From Thermodesulfobacteriota bacterium (GTDB lineage: Bacteria; Desulfobacterota_D; UBA1144; Nemesobacterales; Nemesobacteraceae), in NCBI GenBank assembly GCA_965204665.1, contig OZ242002.1, positions 1,433,995 to 1,497,994 of the forward strand: DNA of 64,000 bases. The letters are read 5' to 3'. Position numbers and translations under genes: made by a program. Below are positions 39,584 through 48,353 of this stretch, one piece after another. The notes under the pieces were generated by a model. That model saw only the letters and a list, made by a program, of their open reading frames with translations. It ran no database searches and was not told the origin of the DNA. Every line of letters begins with the position of its first letter. Position 1 is the first letter of the stretch.

Positions 39584-40687
39584 CTATTTAAAATGATTCC
39601 AGACAGGTTTTCCAAGTATTTTCACCTTGTCGGATGATATTTCATCGCCGGTTTTTCTCCTAACCGCAAGTTCGTCCGTAAAATCCCGAAACTCCTTTCT
39701 TACATAGCCCAGCGCGATATTCTTTCCGCATAGAGGAGAATAGGCGGATGATGTTATTCTCCCCACTTTTTTCCCATCGACGGAAAGTTCATCACCGGGA
39801 AACATATCAGTACCTTCCTTCGCCGCAAAGCAGGCAAGATGCCAGTTGACTCTTCCTCTCCACCTTATCCTCGCTATTACTTCCTGTCCGACGTAACATC
39901 CTTTTTCAAAGTCGAGAGCGTTCCATATTCCCGCTTCAATCGGTATGGTCGAAGAATCCATGTCTTTTCCGTAAATGGGAATTCCAGCCTCTATTCTCAA
40001 AGTTTCCAGAGAATCCAGGCCGAAAAGATAAGCGCAGTCTCTATCATCTAAAGTGAGTAGATCCCACACCGCAAGAGAATTGTGGTTTTCAAGCAGCACG
40101 TCAAAACCGGTTTCACCCGTTCTGTTTATTTTGAAAACCGTGAGTCGGCGGTCGTCCGAGCATGTGTGGTCGTACTCGTCCATTTCTACGGTTTTTACAC
40201 CTAGCCTGCTTTCGAGGAATTCTGAAGAATCGGGACCACACACATGCAGTACGCAGTATTTCTCCGTCACGTCAGACAGTTCAATTTTGTATGAAAGCTT
40301 GAATCTGGTAAGTACCCTCACAACTTCACTGCCTGCGCAAGGTTCTATGTCCATGTAGACAGAGTGCTCGCGTACGAAGATTCTCATATCTGAAATCATC
40401 TTTCCTTTGGGAGTCAGAAGAGTCGCGTAGGCGCCTGTTCCGGCGACTTTTTCCTTCACATCATTTGTGAGCATTCCTTGCAGGAATTTTATGCGGTCTC
40501 TGCCGGAAACAACAATTTTTGACCTGTTTGAGATATCGACTACTGCTACGTTTTTCCTTGCGTTCCGAGATTCTGCGAACGGGTCGCCGTAATTTTGCGG
40601 AAGATGAAATTCCGAACTTCCAGAAAACCTTGCGCCACGCGCTTTCTGTTTTTCGTAAAGAGGTGTTCTCTTCGAAGGTTCGGTCAT
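39584..40687 (-). CDS. Aminomethyltransferase-family folate-binding protein (GcvT/YgfZ-like)
   Basis: 367 aa with GcvT-like N-terminal fold (RSKIVVSGRDRIKFLQGMLTNDV) and a C-terminal barrel. Confidence 0.7.
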   Translation of the reverse strand: MTEPSKRTPLYEKQKARGARFSGSSEFHLPQNYGDPFAESRNARKNVAVVDISNRSKIVVSGRDRIKFLQGMLTNDVKEKVAGTGAYATLLTPKGKMISDMRIFVREHSVYMDIEPCAGSEVVRVLTRFKLSYKIELSDVTEKYCVLHVCGPDSSEFLESRLGVKTVEMDEYDHTCSDDRRLTVFKINRTGETGFDVLLENHNSLAVWDLLTLDDRDCAYLFGLDSLETLRIEAGIPIYGKDMDSSTIPIEAGIWNALDFEKGCYVGQEVIARIRWRGRVNWHLACFAAKEGTDMFPGDELSVDGKKVGRITSSAYSPLCGKNIALGYVRKEFRDFTDELAVRRKTGDEISSDKVKILGKPVWNHFK

Positions 40688-40778
40688 ATTTGTAATTTCC
40701 TTTACGAGTTTTCTCCGCTTGAAAAACTACTTGACAGCAGTAATATACACACCCTTAAAAAATTGCGGAGTGCTGAGA

Positions 40779-41723
40779 GTGAGTGAACTAGAAAAAAGTT
40801 ATAAGGTGGTGATCATGGGGTCAGGCCCCGCGGGACTTACGGCAGCTATTTATGCCGCGCGGGCTAACCTTGAGCCGCTTGTTCTTGAAGGACCTGAAGC
40901 CGGCGGTCAGCTTACCACGACTACTGATGTGGAGAATTTTCCGGGTTTTCCGCGAGGCGTTATGGGTCCGGAACTTATGGACCTTCTTAGGGAGCAAGCG
41001 CAGAGGTTCGGGGCGCGATGCATGCAGAAGTCAGTTACATCTGTTGATTTTTCCCGAAGACCTTTTCACGTGTTCGTAGACGAAGAAGAGTCGCGGTCAT
41101 CTGCGTTTATAGTTTCTTCAGGCGCTACGGCGAAAATGCTCGGACTTCCAACGGAGCGGGAACTTTTGGGTTATGGGGTTTCCACCTGCGCCACCTGCGA
41201 CGGTTTTTTCTTCAAAGACAAGGAACTCGTAGTGGTCGGAGGCGGAGACAGCGCCATGGAGGAATCCATATTTCTTACAAAATTCGCTTCTCGAGTTACG
41301 GTCGTTCACAGAAGAGACACGCTCAAGGCGTCTGTGATAATGCAACAACGCGCCCGTGACAATGAGAAAATAGATTTCATATGGAACGCGGTCGTTGAGC
41401 AAGTACTGGGCTTGAGAGAAACTGGAGTGACGGGGGTGATGTTGAGGGATGTCAACACAGGCGAGAGTTATGTGAGGCAGTGTCAGGGAATGTTTGTCGC
41501 CATAGGGCATACTCCCAACAGTGAGATATTCAAAGGACAACTCCAAATGGATGAAAACGGGTACCTTATAACCAAAAGCGGTACTTCTGAAACCAGCGTT
41601 GCGGGGGTATTTGCGGCAGGAGATATCCAGGACACAAGATATAAGCAGGCGATAACTGCCGCGGGCAGCGGTTGCATGGCGGCTATCGACGCTGAGAGAT
41701 TTCTTGAGGAAAACGGACTTTAG
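40779..41723 (+). CDS. trxB: Thioredoxin-disulfide reductase
   Basis: FAD site GSGPAGLTAAIYAARA, redox CATC, NADPH site GGGDSAMEE. Start set at the in-frame GTG giving MSELEKSYKVVIMGSG. Confidence 0.9.
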   Translation: MSELEKSYKVVIMGSGPAGLTAAIYAARANLEPLVLEGPEAGGQLTTTTDVENFPGFPRGVMGPELMDLLREQAQRFGARCMQKSVTSVDFSRRPFHVFVDEEESRSSAFIVSSGATAKMLGLPTERELLGYGVSTCATCDGFFFKDKELVVVGGGDSAMEESIFLTKFASRVTVVHRRDTLKASVIMQQRARDNEKIDFIWNAVVEQVLGLRETGVTGVMLRDVNTGESYVRQCQGMFVAIGHTPNSEIFKGQLQMDENGYLITKSGTSETSVAGVFAAGDIQDTRYKQAITAAGSGCMAAIDAERFLEENGL

Positions 41724-41790
41724 TTACTTTGTGAATTACAGTTTTGGACAAAGTATTTTTATTCGGTTATAGAATTTGCCGGCTTTTCCC

Positions 41791-41865
41791 GGGCGGTTAG
41801 CTCAGCGGGAGAGCATCTGCCTTACAAGCAGAGGGTCACAGGTTCAAATCCTGTACCGCCCACCA
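41791..41865 (+). tRNA. tRNA-Val (anticodon TAC), CCA encoded
   Basis: Cloverleaf readable by eye: acceptor GGGCGGT/ACCGCCC, anticodon loop CTTACAA, T-loop GGTTCAAATCC. Confidence 0.85.
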
Positions 41866-41873
41866 TTTTAAAC

Positions 41874-41948
41874 GGGGCCGTAGTTCAGTTTGGTCAGAAC
41901 GCTGGCCTGTCAAGCCAGAGGTCGCGGGTTCAAATCCCGTCGGTCCCG
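41874..41948 (+). tRNA. tRNA-Asp (anticodon GTC)
   Basis: Acceptor GGGGCCG/CGGTCCC (one G-U), anticodon loop CTGTCAA, T-loop GGTTCAAATCC. 8 nt after tRNA-Val. Confidence 0.85.
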
Positions 41949-42314
41949 CACCCCGATTTATTTTACAGCGCCCGTCCCATGGCCCTCTGTCGGTTTTTGT
42001 ACGCACCTTGGTCTATCCCCCCCCTCTCATCTCAATTTGCAAAGTCTAAGCGAGACAGGGCTGTGTTTCTCGTAACTCGCCGAGCAGGCGAACAAACAAC
42101 TGTCGCAGTGAACGGACCGGAGAAAAGAGTGTCAGTATGCAGCGTACGGTTGTTTTGATGCGTCAAGCAGACTTGAGCAACCGAGCGCGAATTGTTTCAT
42201 AACATGTCTTGGACCCGACTCGGCGTCCTCGTCCGATGTATCTGCGTATTTGCTTGAAATTATATAAAATAGTATCAGAAATGAAGATTTATATTCAAAT
42301 CTGAGCATGGAGAG

Positions 42315-45300
42315 TTGACGGTGACGAAGCACTCGTTCTCTGGTCAAGAAAATGAATTGCATCTGCGATGTCTCTCTGTTGACCTTGAGGTGGACAGCAG
42401 GAGCGGAAAAATTCGTGCCGTCGGTGCCGTGCGTTCAGATACCGGACAATCAGTCAGTTTTCGAAACGGGGACCTGCGGAAGTTGCTTGAGGAACTGGAT
42501 GATTTTGCGGACGGCGCATCTCTTCTTGTCGGCCATAACCTGATAAAATTCGACCGTCCTAAACTGGATGCCGTAAAATCCGATCTCAATCTTTTGAAAC
42601 TGCCGTCAATAGACACTCTCTGGCTGAGCCCTCTTGCCTTTCCTCGCAACCCTTATCATAAGCTGGTGAAGCACTACAAGAAAGGAGACTTGGTGCGCGA
42701 GCAGATAAACAAACCTGAACTGGATGCGAAGATTGCTCTAACTCTTCTCCATGACGAATGGAACTCCCTGCGGAGAACAGATAAAGACCTGACCCTTATT
42801 TGGCACCGGTTGGCCACATCCGATAGCGGGATGTCGGGTTTTAATATGTTCTTCTCTTCTCTGAGGAATTCATCTCCTCCTTCAGATGTCGAAACCCGAA
42901 AGACGCTAAGCAGATGGCTTGAGGGCAAAGTCTGTCAAACTCATGCCGGCGACATTACAAACGTGGCCAGACGAAATCCGTGGCCGTTTGCTTATGCTTT
43001 GGCGTGGTTTTCAGTGGCGGGAGGTAACTCCGTAATGCCGCCCTGGGTCCGTCATCAGTTTCCCGAAGCGGGGCGTATAGTCCGTAAGTTACGTGACACC
43101 GCCTGCGTCAATGACGGATGTATCTGGTGTCGTGAGAACCACGATTCCCGCAAGGAACTTTCCCGCTGGTTCGGCTATTCCGATTTTCGACCGGGGCAGA
43201 AATCGGTAGTTGATACTGCTATGGTCGGAAACCATGTTCTGGGAATTATGCCCACAGGCGCCGGCAAATCGCTTTGCTACCAGGTTCCCGCTCTTTCGCG
43301 CTACCACAAAACGGGGGCATTGACCGTTGTAATCTCACCGCTGGTCGCTCTTATGGCGGACCAAGTGGCAGGTCTTGAGTCGAGAGGGATCGGGTCATGC
43401 GTTACCGTAAACGGACTTTTATCCATGCCTGAGCGTGTTACGGCTCTGGAGAGGGTGAGGCTTGGAGACGCGAGCATACTTATAATTTCACCGGAGGGAC
43501 TCCGCAACATTTCACTGATACGAGCACTGGACCAACGGGAGATAGGCGCTTGGGTGCTTGACGAAGCTCATTGTCTCTCAAGATGGGGTCATGATTTCCG
43601 CCCTGATTACCGATATGTGGGAAGGTTTATACGCAGCAGGTCGGAGAACGGTTATGTGGCGCCCGTAATGTGTCTTACCGCAACAGCGAAACCCGAAGTT
43701 GTAGATGAAATCAAGTCTTATTTCAGAAAGCATCTGGGAGTGGATTTAATTGTTTTTAACTGCGGAGCGCACCGTCCGAATCTTATTTTTCAGGTTGTGC
43801 TGACGAGCGAAGCGAAAAAGTTTTCCCAAATATACCGGATAATTGAAGCCAATTTGCCGAACGGAACGTCGGGAGGCGCCATAGTTTATTGCGCGACGCG
43901 CGCGAATACGGAAGAAATGGCAGTTTTTCTTAAAGGAAAAGGTCTTGAATCTGACTTTTTTCATGCCGGCCTTCCTCCGCAGAAAAAACTGAATGTGCAG
44001 AAAAGTTTCATCAACGGCGACCTGCAGGTTATTTCTGCCACCAATGCATTCGGCATGGGAATTGACAAAGAGGATGTGCGCGTCGTGATCCATGCGGATA
44101 TACCGGGGTCGCTTGAGAATTATCTGCAGGAGGCTGGAAGAGCGGGAAGAGATCAAAGACCCGCCCACTGCGTGCTTCTCTATACGCAGGAAGATGTCGA
44201 AAGACAATTCGGATTCTCGGCGCGTTCACGGCTGACCCGAGAAGAGATCCAGAGCATTTTCAGATTCCTGCGCAGACTGGACAAAAAGAAACGAACGGGC
44301 GGAGAGATCGTGGTCACCTCAGGTGAGATTCTGTTTGAAGACAGGGACAATGAGATTAGAAACAACAGAAGAGACTCCGTGACCGATAATACCGGTGATA
44401 CCAAGGTTCGTACGGCTATTTCTTGGCTTGAAGAATCAGATATGCTCACCCGGGAAAAAAACCTGGTTAGTGTTTTCCCGTCTTTTCTTTATGTGAACTC
44501 TTTAGACGAGGCGAAGAGAAGGCTTCAGAGTAAAGGAATAAATTCCGACCGTCTTGACGGTCTTCTATCCATAGTCAGGGAAATAATGAATGCGGATAAA
44601 GATCAAGGGATTTCCACTGACGAACTTATGCACATATCGGGGCTCAGTCCGCAGAGAGTTCTCTCCGCCCTGAGTGATCTGGAGAGTTCCGACATAGTCA
44701 GTAACGACATTACGATGACCGCCTTCGTGCATTCCGGGGTTAAGCATTCATCTCTTCGCCGCTTCCGGGAGGCGCAGGATCTGGAATGTTCACTGATCAA
44801 CTACATGCGCGATATGAAGAATGATGTCAAGTTGGTTGAACAGGGGTTTACTCTGTCTCTGTCCGCTGCGGTGCAGGCACTGCGGGAACAGATGAAGGAT
44901 GAGAATCTTTTCCCTCAACGATTACTTAGCATACTGCGCAGCATATCCTACGACGGCCGTGGAGAGATGGACAACTCGGGGAGTCTGGGAGTGCGAAACC
45001 TGAACGGCAGGTCAGTTCGTCTGACGCTTTTCCGGGAATGGTCTGATTTGGAAAAAATTGCGGAACTCAGGCGCGGGGCGGCGGAAGCAGTGCTTCGCCA
45101 CCTGCTGAGCCGCGTACCTAAAGGTACACACGGAGTTGACCTCAAAGTTGATACGACTTTCGGAAAACTGTCAAGGGAAATCGCTTCTGACATAGGATTA
45201 AGAAAGGGGAGCCGAGATCTGCAGGAATTACGGAAAAAATTACAGGACAGAGCTCTTATGTGGTTACACGAACAGAGAGTCATACGTCTTCACAGAGGAC

Positions 45301-47480
45301 TCACGGTGTTTCGCCCTGCTATGACGGTCCGTCTTAAAAGAGAAAAGCAGATGTTTACGAAAGAGGACTTTGAACCGCTCGCCGAGCATTACAGCGGACA
45401 GATCCTGCAGATACATATAATGGATGAGTATTCGCGCAGAGGTATCAAGGCCATCTCCGATGCGTTGGCGATGGTGGATGAATATTTCAGTGTTGAAGAG
45501 GAGAAGTTCGTTAGACGATGGTTGCAGGAAAAGTTTTATGAATCCATGATGCAGAACAGGGGAAAACGGAAGAATATCTTTATGCAGACCACTCCGGAAT
45601 CGTGGCGCAGGATTGTGGAAGATCTTGGAAATCCCGACCAGAGGCGAATTGTTGAGGATAATCGGGAGCGGACAAATGTGCTTGTGCTCGCAGGCCCCGG
45701 TTCCGGTAAGACGAGGGTATTAGTTCATCGCATTGCCTATCTTCTGCGCATCAGGCGGGAGAATCCGAGCAGTATCATTGCTCTTGCGTACAATCGTCAC
45801 GCAGCTGTGGAGATTCGCCGTCGTCTCAAGGAACTTGTGGGTGACGACTCCTGCGGGGTAATGGTGCTTACGTGTCACTCCTTGGCCATGCGTCTGGTCG
45901 GGTTCAATTTCTCCTATACAGCTTCAAAGCAGGTTGAGGAAAAGGAGTTTTTCATCAAGGTGCTGCGGGATGCGTCGGCTCTGCTCAAAGGGCAGGGAGT
46001 TGCGCCGGAAGAGTCGGATGAACATCGAGAACGTCTGCTGGCCGGTTTCAGATGGATTCTGGTTGATGAATATCAGGATATAGGTCCTGATGAATATGAA
46101 CTTATCTCGGCGCTGGCTGGAAGGACGCTCGGTGAAGAGGAAAGCAAACTTACGTTGTTCGCCGTAGGCGATGATGATCAGAACATCTACTCTTTTAACG
46201 GTACTTCAGTTGAGTTCATCCGCCGTTTCGAAAAAGATTATAAATCCAGACCCGCCTTTTTGACCGACAATTACCGTTCCACCCGTCATATTGTAGAAGC
46301 ATCAAATGCGATGATTAATCCGGCACGGAACCGCATGAAGGTTCACAATCCCATCCGAGTTAATAAGGCGCGTATGAAAGACCCTCGAGGCGGCGAATGG
46401 CGGGGACTGGACCCCGTAGCGCAGGGAAGGGTTCAGATTCTTGATGCGGGTACTGATCCGGCATCTCAAGCGTGGTCTGCAATGATGGAACTCAAGCGAC
46501 TTTACGAGCTCTCGCCTGATTGGGATTGGTCCAGATGCGCGGTGATCGCCCGTAAATGGGAACATTTAGACCCTGTAAGTTCTTTTTGCCGAATCCACAA
46601 GATTCCCGCACAGATGGCGAACGAAAAACCTCCATTCTGGCAATTGCGCGAAACCGGAAAATTTCTCAATTGGCTCGGTGAAAAAGAGACGGAACTTGTC
46701 AGCGGCGCGGACCTTGACAGGTGGTTGCGCAGTCAAAAATCCAATTGCTGGAATGATTTGCTGTTGCAGGCTGTCGGGGAGTATTGTCTGGAGACTGACG
46801 GTGCCGAAACGCCTGTTGAACATGTCGTTGAATGGCTTGCCGAGTGGGGCTTTGAGATACGACGACGCCAGCACGGGATTTTGCTTACAACCGCGCACGG
46901 AAGCAAGGGACTTGAATTTGATCACGTGTCGGTGCTGGGCGGCGATTGGAATGATTCAGACGAGGAACGCAGATTGTACTATGTCGCGATGACCCGGGTT
47001 AAAAAGACCCTGTTGCTGCTGCGTCTCCCCAAATCCAACAGGCTGCAGAATACGTTGTTTGACGATTCATCCGTTCTCACCCGCCGGTTATCGACAGGGC
47101 CGTCCGAGGAATTGAAAAAGCTCAGGACCTGTTTCAGAAAACTTGCTCTCGGTGATGTGTTTTTGAGTTTTGCCGGATATAGAAATGCCCGGGACCCCCT
47201 GCATCGCGTTATTGAGGCGCTTTCGCCCGGTGACCCTCTTGATGTGCGGCATGCGGGAAGCGGTCGGCTGGAACTGGTGGATCGTTCTTCGGGAGTGGTG
47301 GTTGGACAACTGGCAAAAGCGTACAGACCTCCGTCCGGCATGCGTTGTGTTTCCGCAAACGTGTTTGCTGTGGTGAACCGCAAGCGCGAGTTTTCAGAAC
47401 CCCAATATCAAGACGGCATGAAGTGTGACCAGTGGGAAGTGGTGCTTCCGGAACTCAGGTTTGAACCTGATGTCGGTTAA
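42315..47480 (+). CDS. Giant 1721-aa fusion: DEDDh 3'-5' exonuclease + RecQ-like SF2 helicase + ~480-aa uncharacterised linker + UvrD-like SF1 helicase
   Basis: Exo motifs LSVDLEVDS / HNLIKFDRP. RecQ motifs FRPGQKSVV, MPTGAGKSLCYQ, DEAHCLSRWGHDFRPDY, LTATA, QEAGRAGRD. UvrD motifs LAGPGSGKTRVL, ILVDEYQDI, GDDDQNIYSFNG, TAHGSKGLEFDHV, YVAMTRVKKTL. A probable GTG start at 42321 has the RBS GGAGAG. Confidence 0.8.
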   Translation: MTVTKHSFSGQENELHLRCLSVDLEVDSRSGKIRAVGAVRSDTGQSVSFRNGDLRKLLEELDDFADGASLLVGHNLIKFDRPKLDAVKSDLNLLKLPSIDTLWLSPLAFPRNPYHKLVKHYKKGDLVREQINKPELDAKIALTLLHDEWNSLRRTDKDLTLIWHRLATSDSGMSGFNMFFSSLRNSSPPSDVETRKTLSRWLEGKVCQTHAGDITNVARRNPWPFAYALAWFSVAGGNSVMPPWVRHQFPEAGRIVRKLRDTACVNDGCIWCRENHDSRKELSRWFGYSDFRPGQKSVVDTAMVGNHVLGIMPTGAGKSLCYQVPALSRYHKTGALTVVISPLVALMADQVAGLESRGIGSCVTVNGLLSMPERVTALERVRLGDASILIISPEGLRNISLIRALDQREIGAWVLDEAHCLSRWGHDFRPDYRYVGRFIRSRSENGYVAPVMCLTATAKPEVVDEIKSYFRKHLGVDLIVFNCGAHRPNLIFQVVLTSEAKKFSQIYRIIEANLPNGTSGGAIVYCATRANTEEMAVFLKGKGLESDFFHAGLPPQKKLNVQKSFINGDLQVISATNAFGMGIDKEDVRVVIHADIPGSLENYLQEAGRAGRDQRPAHCVLLYTQEDVERQFGFSARSRLTREEIQSIFRFLRRLDKKKRTGGEIVVTSGEILFEDRDNEIRNNRRDSVTDNTGDTKVRTAISWLEESDMLTREKNLVSVFPSFLYVNSLDEAKRRLQSKGINSDRLDGLLSIVREIMNADKDQGISTDELMHISGLSPQRVLSALSDLESSDIVSNDITMTAFVHSGVKHSSLRRFREAQDLECSLINYMRDMKNDVKLVEQGFTLSLSAAVQALREQMKDENLFPQRLLSILRSISYDGRGEMDNSGSLGVRNLNGRSVRLTLFREWSDLEKIAELRRGAAEAVLRHLLSRVPKGTHGVDLKVDTTFGKLSREIASDIGLRKGSRDLQELRKKLQDRALMWLHEQRVIRLHRGLTVFRPAMTVRLKREKQMFTKEDFEPLAEHYSGQILQIHIMDEYSRRGIKAISDALAMVDEYFSVEEEKFVRRWLQEKFYESMMQNRGKRKNIFMQTTPESWRRIVEDLGNPDQRRIVEDNRERTNVLVLAGPGSGKTRVLVHRIAYLLRIRRENPSSIIALAYNRHAAVEIRRRLKELVGDDSCGVMVLTCHSLAMRLVGFNFSYTASKQVEEKEFFIKVLRDASALLKGQGVAPEESDEHRERLLAGFRWILVDEYQDIGPDEYELISALAGRTLGEEESKLTLFAVGDDDQNIYSFNGTSVEFIRRFEKDYKSRPAFLTDNYRSTRHIVEASNAMINPARNRMKVHNPIRVNKARMKDPRGGEWRGLDPVAQGRVQILDAGTDPASQAWSAMMELKRLYELSPDWDWSRCAVIARKWEHLDPVSSFCRIHKIPAQMANEKPPFWQLRETGKFLNWLGEKETELVSGADLDRWLRSQKSNCWNDLLLQAVGEYCLETDGAETPVEHVVEWLAEWGFEIRRRQHGILLTTAHGSKGLEFDHVSVLGGDWNDSDEERRLYYVAMTRVKKTLLLLRLPKSNRLQNTLFDDSSVLTRRLSTGPSEELKKLRTCFRKLALGDVFLSFAGYRNARDPLHRVIEALSPGDPLDVRHAGSGRLELVDRSSGVVVGQLAKAYRPPSGMRCVSANVFAVVNRKREFSEPQYQDGMKCDQWEVVLPELRFEPDVG

Positions 47481-47520
47481 AATACCACTAAGGTTCGCAT
47501 CACTCTGGTTTCTTTTTCCG

Positions 47521-47613
47521 GAGTAATTGCGGGATAAGTCCTTGACCGTAGTGAGTCTCTGAATAATATTAATAGTGATAAAGGATATTTCGGGAGAAAT
47601 TCTGTTTCTTTTC
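47521..47613 (+). repeat. Direct repeat copy 1 (~83% identical to 48261-48353); a diverged duplicate of the kefB promoter/5' coding end
   Basis: By-eye alignment: 93 nt, ~16 mismatches. Encodes a pseudo-start MIKDISGEILFLFAVA, resembling the kefB start MKDILGEILLLFVVAV. Confidence 0.6.
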
Positions 47614-47696
47614 GCGGTTGCGGAACGCCCGTTAAACTTCAAAGTGCAGCACTCGGGACTGCCGGACTTGCTGTTGCGCCCGCTCTGGAACCGGCA

Positions 47697-48120
47697 GGAA
47701 AAAGGAGATATTCTGCTACGATCGGACTGTTCCGGGGAGATATCACGACGCTTGAGGTCGATGCCGTCGTCAACGCCGCCAACGAGAGGCGCTCATCACC
47801 GCCGGCTACCGACTGCCGGCCCGCCATGTCATCCACACGGTCGGGCCCGTCCGGCGCGGTGTGGGTACTGAAGAAGACACGCTGCCGGCCGCCTGCTACC
47901 GCGATTGCTTTGCGTTCGCGCGGAAGTACGGTTTGGGTTCCATAGCTTTTCCCGCCATCTCCACCGGCGTTTACGGCTTCCCGCCGGACCGTGCGGCCGG
48001 CATTGCCGTCGCCGGCGCCCAGGCCCACGGCACCGGCTTCACACGCATCGTCTTCGTCTGCTTCGACGAAACGACCGAGGCACTGTACCGCGAAGAGTTG
48101 GAGACCCTCCGAACCTTCGG
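47697..48120 (+). pseudogene. Macro-domain (ADP-ribose binding/hydrolase, YmdB/DarG-like) remnant with an internal deletion and frameshift
   Basis: GDITTLEVDAVVNAANER, then in another frame GYRLPARHVIHTVGPV...SIAFPAISTGVYGFP...IVFVCFDE. About 35 aa of the Gly-rich loop region are missing. ~68% GC. Confidence 0.55.
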
Positions 48121-48260
48121 CCGCAGCTGGAGCAATGCGGTCTTGAGGGGGGGGCATCGGCTTCGAGCCGGCCCCGGACGCGCGGGGATGGTCCGGTGCG
48201 ATGGTACGGGCAGAAACATTCAGTTGTCGTGATGGAAGTTTAACGGGCGGAACGGTTGAG

Positions 48261-48353
48261 GGATAAGCCCTTGATCGGATGGAGCCCCTGAATAATATTG
48301 ATAGCTATGAAGGATATTTTGGGAGAAATTCTGCTTCTTTTCGTGGTTGCGGT
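48261..48353 (+). repeat. Direct repeat copy 2 (the functional kefB 5' region)
   Basis: See copy 1. Contains the kefB start codon at 48298. Confidence 0.6.

Noticed and set aside
42017-42024. C8 homopolymer between tRNA-Asp and the giant helicase gene
   Set aside because: Intergenic, not positioned in a recognisable promoter spacer or coding region. Noted only as a possible slippage site.
41949-42314. Looked for a duplicated tRNA-Asp 3' end (attR) delimiting an integrated element downstream of the tRNA pair
   Set aside because: No second copy of the tRNA 3' segment seen by eye anywhere in the window, so the island boundary cannot be defined from sequence alone.
43746-44207. 153-aa minus-strand ORF
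   Set aside because: Inside and antisense to the giant helicase gene. No motifs.
47639-48243. Several 80-170-aa ORFs on both strands in the 68% GC fragment
   Set aside because: Compositional artefacts. The only homology-supported reading is the disrupted macro domain.
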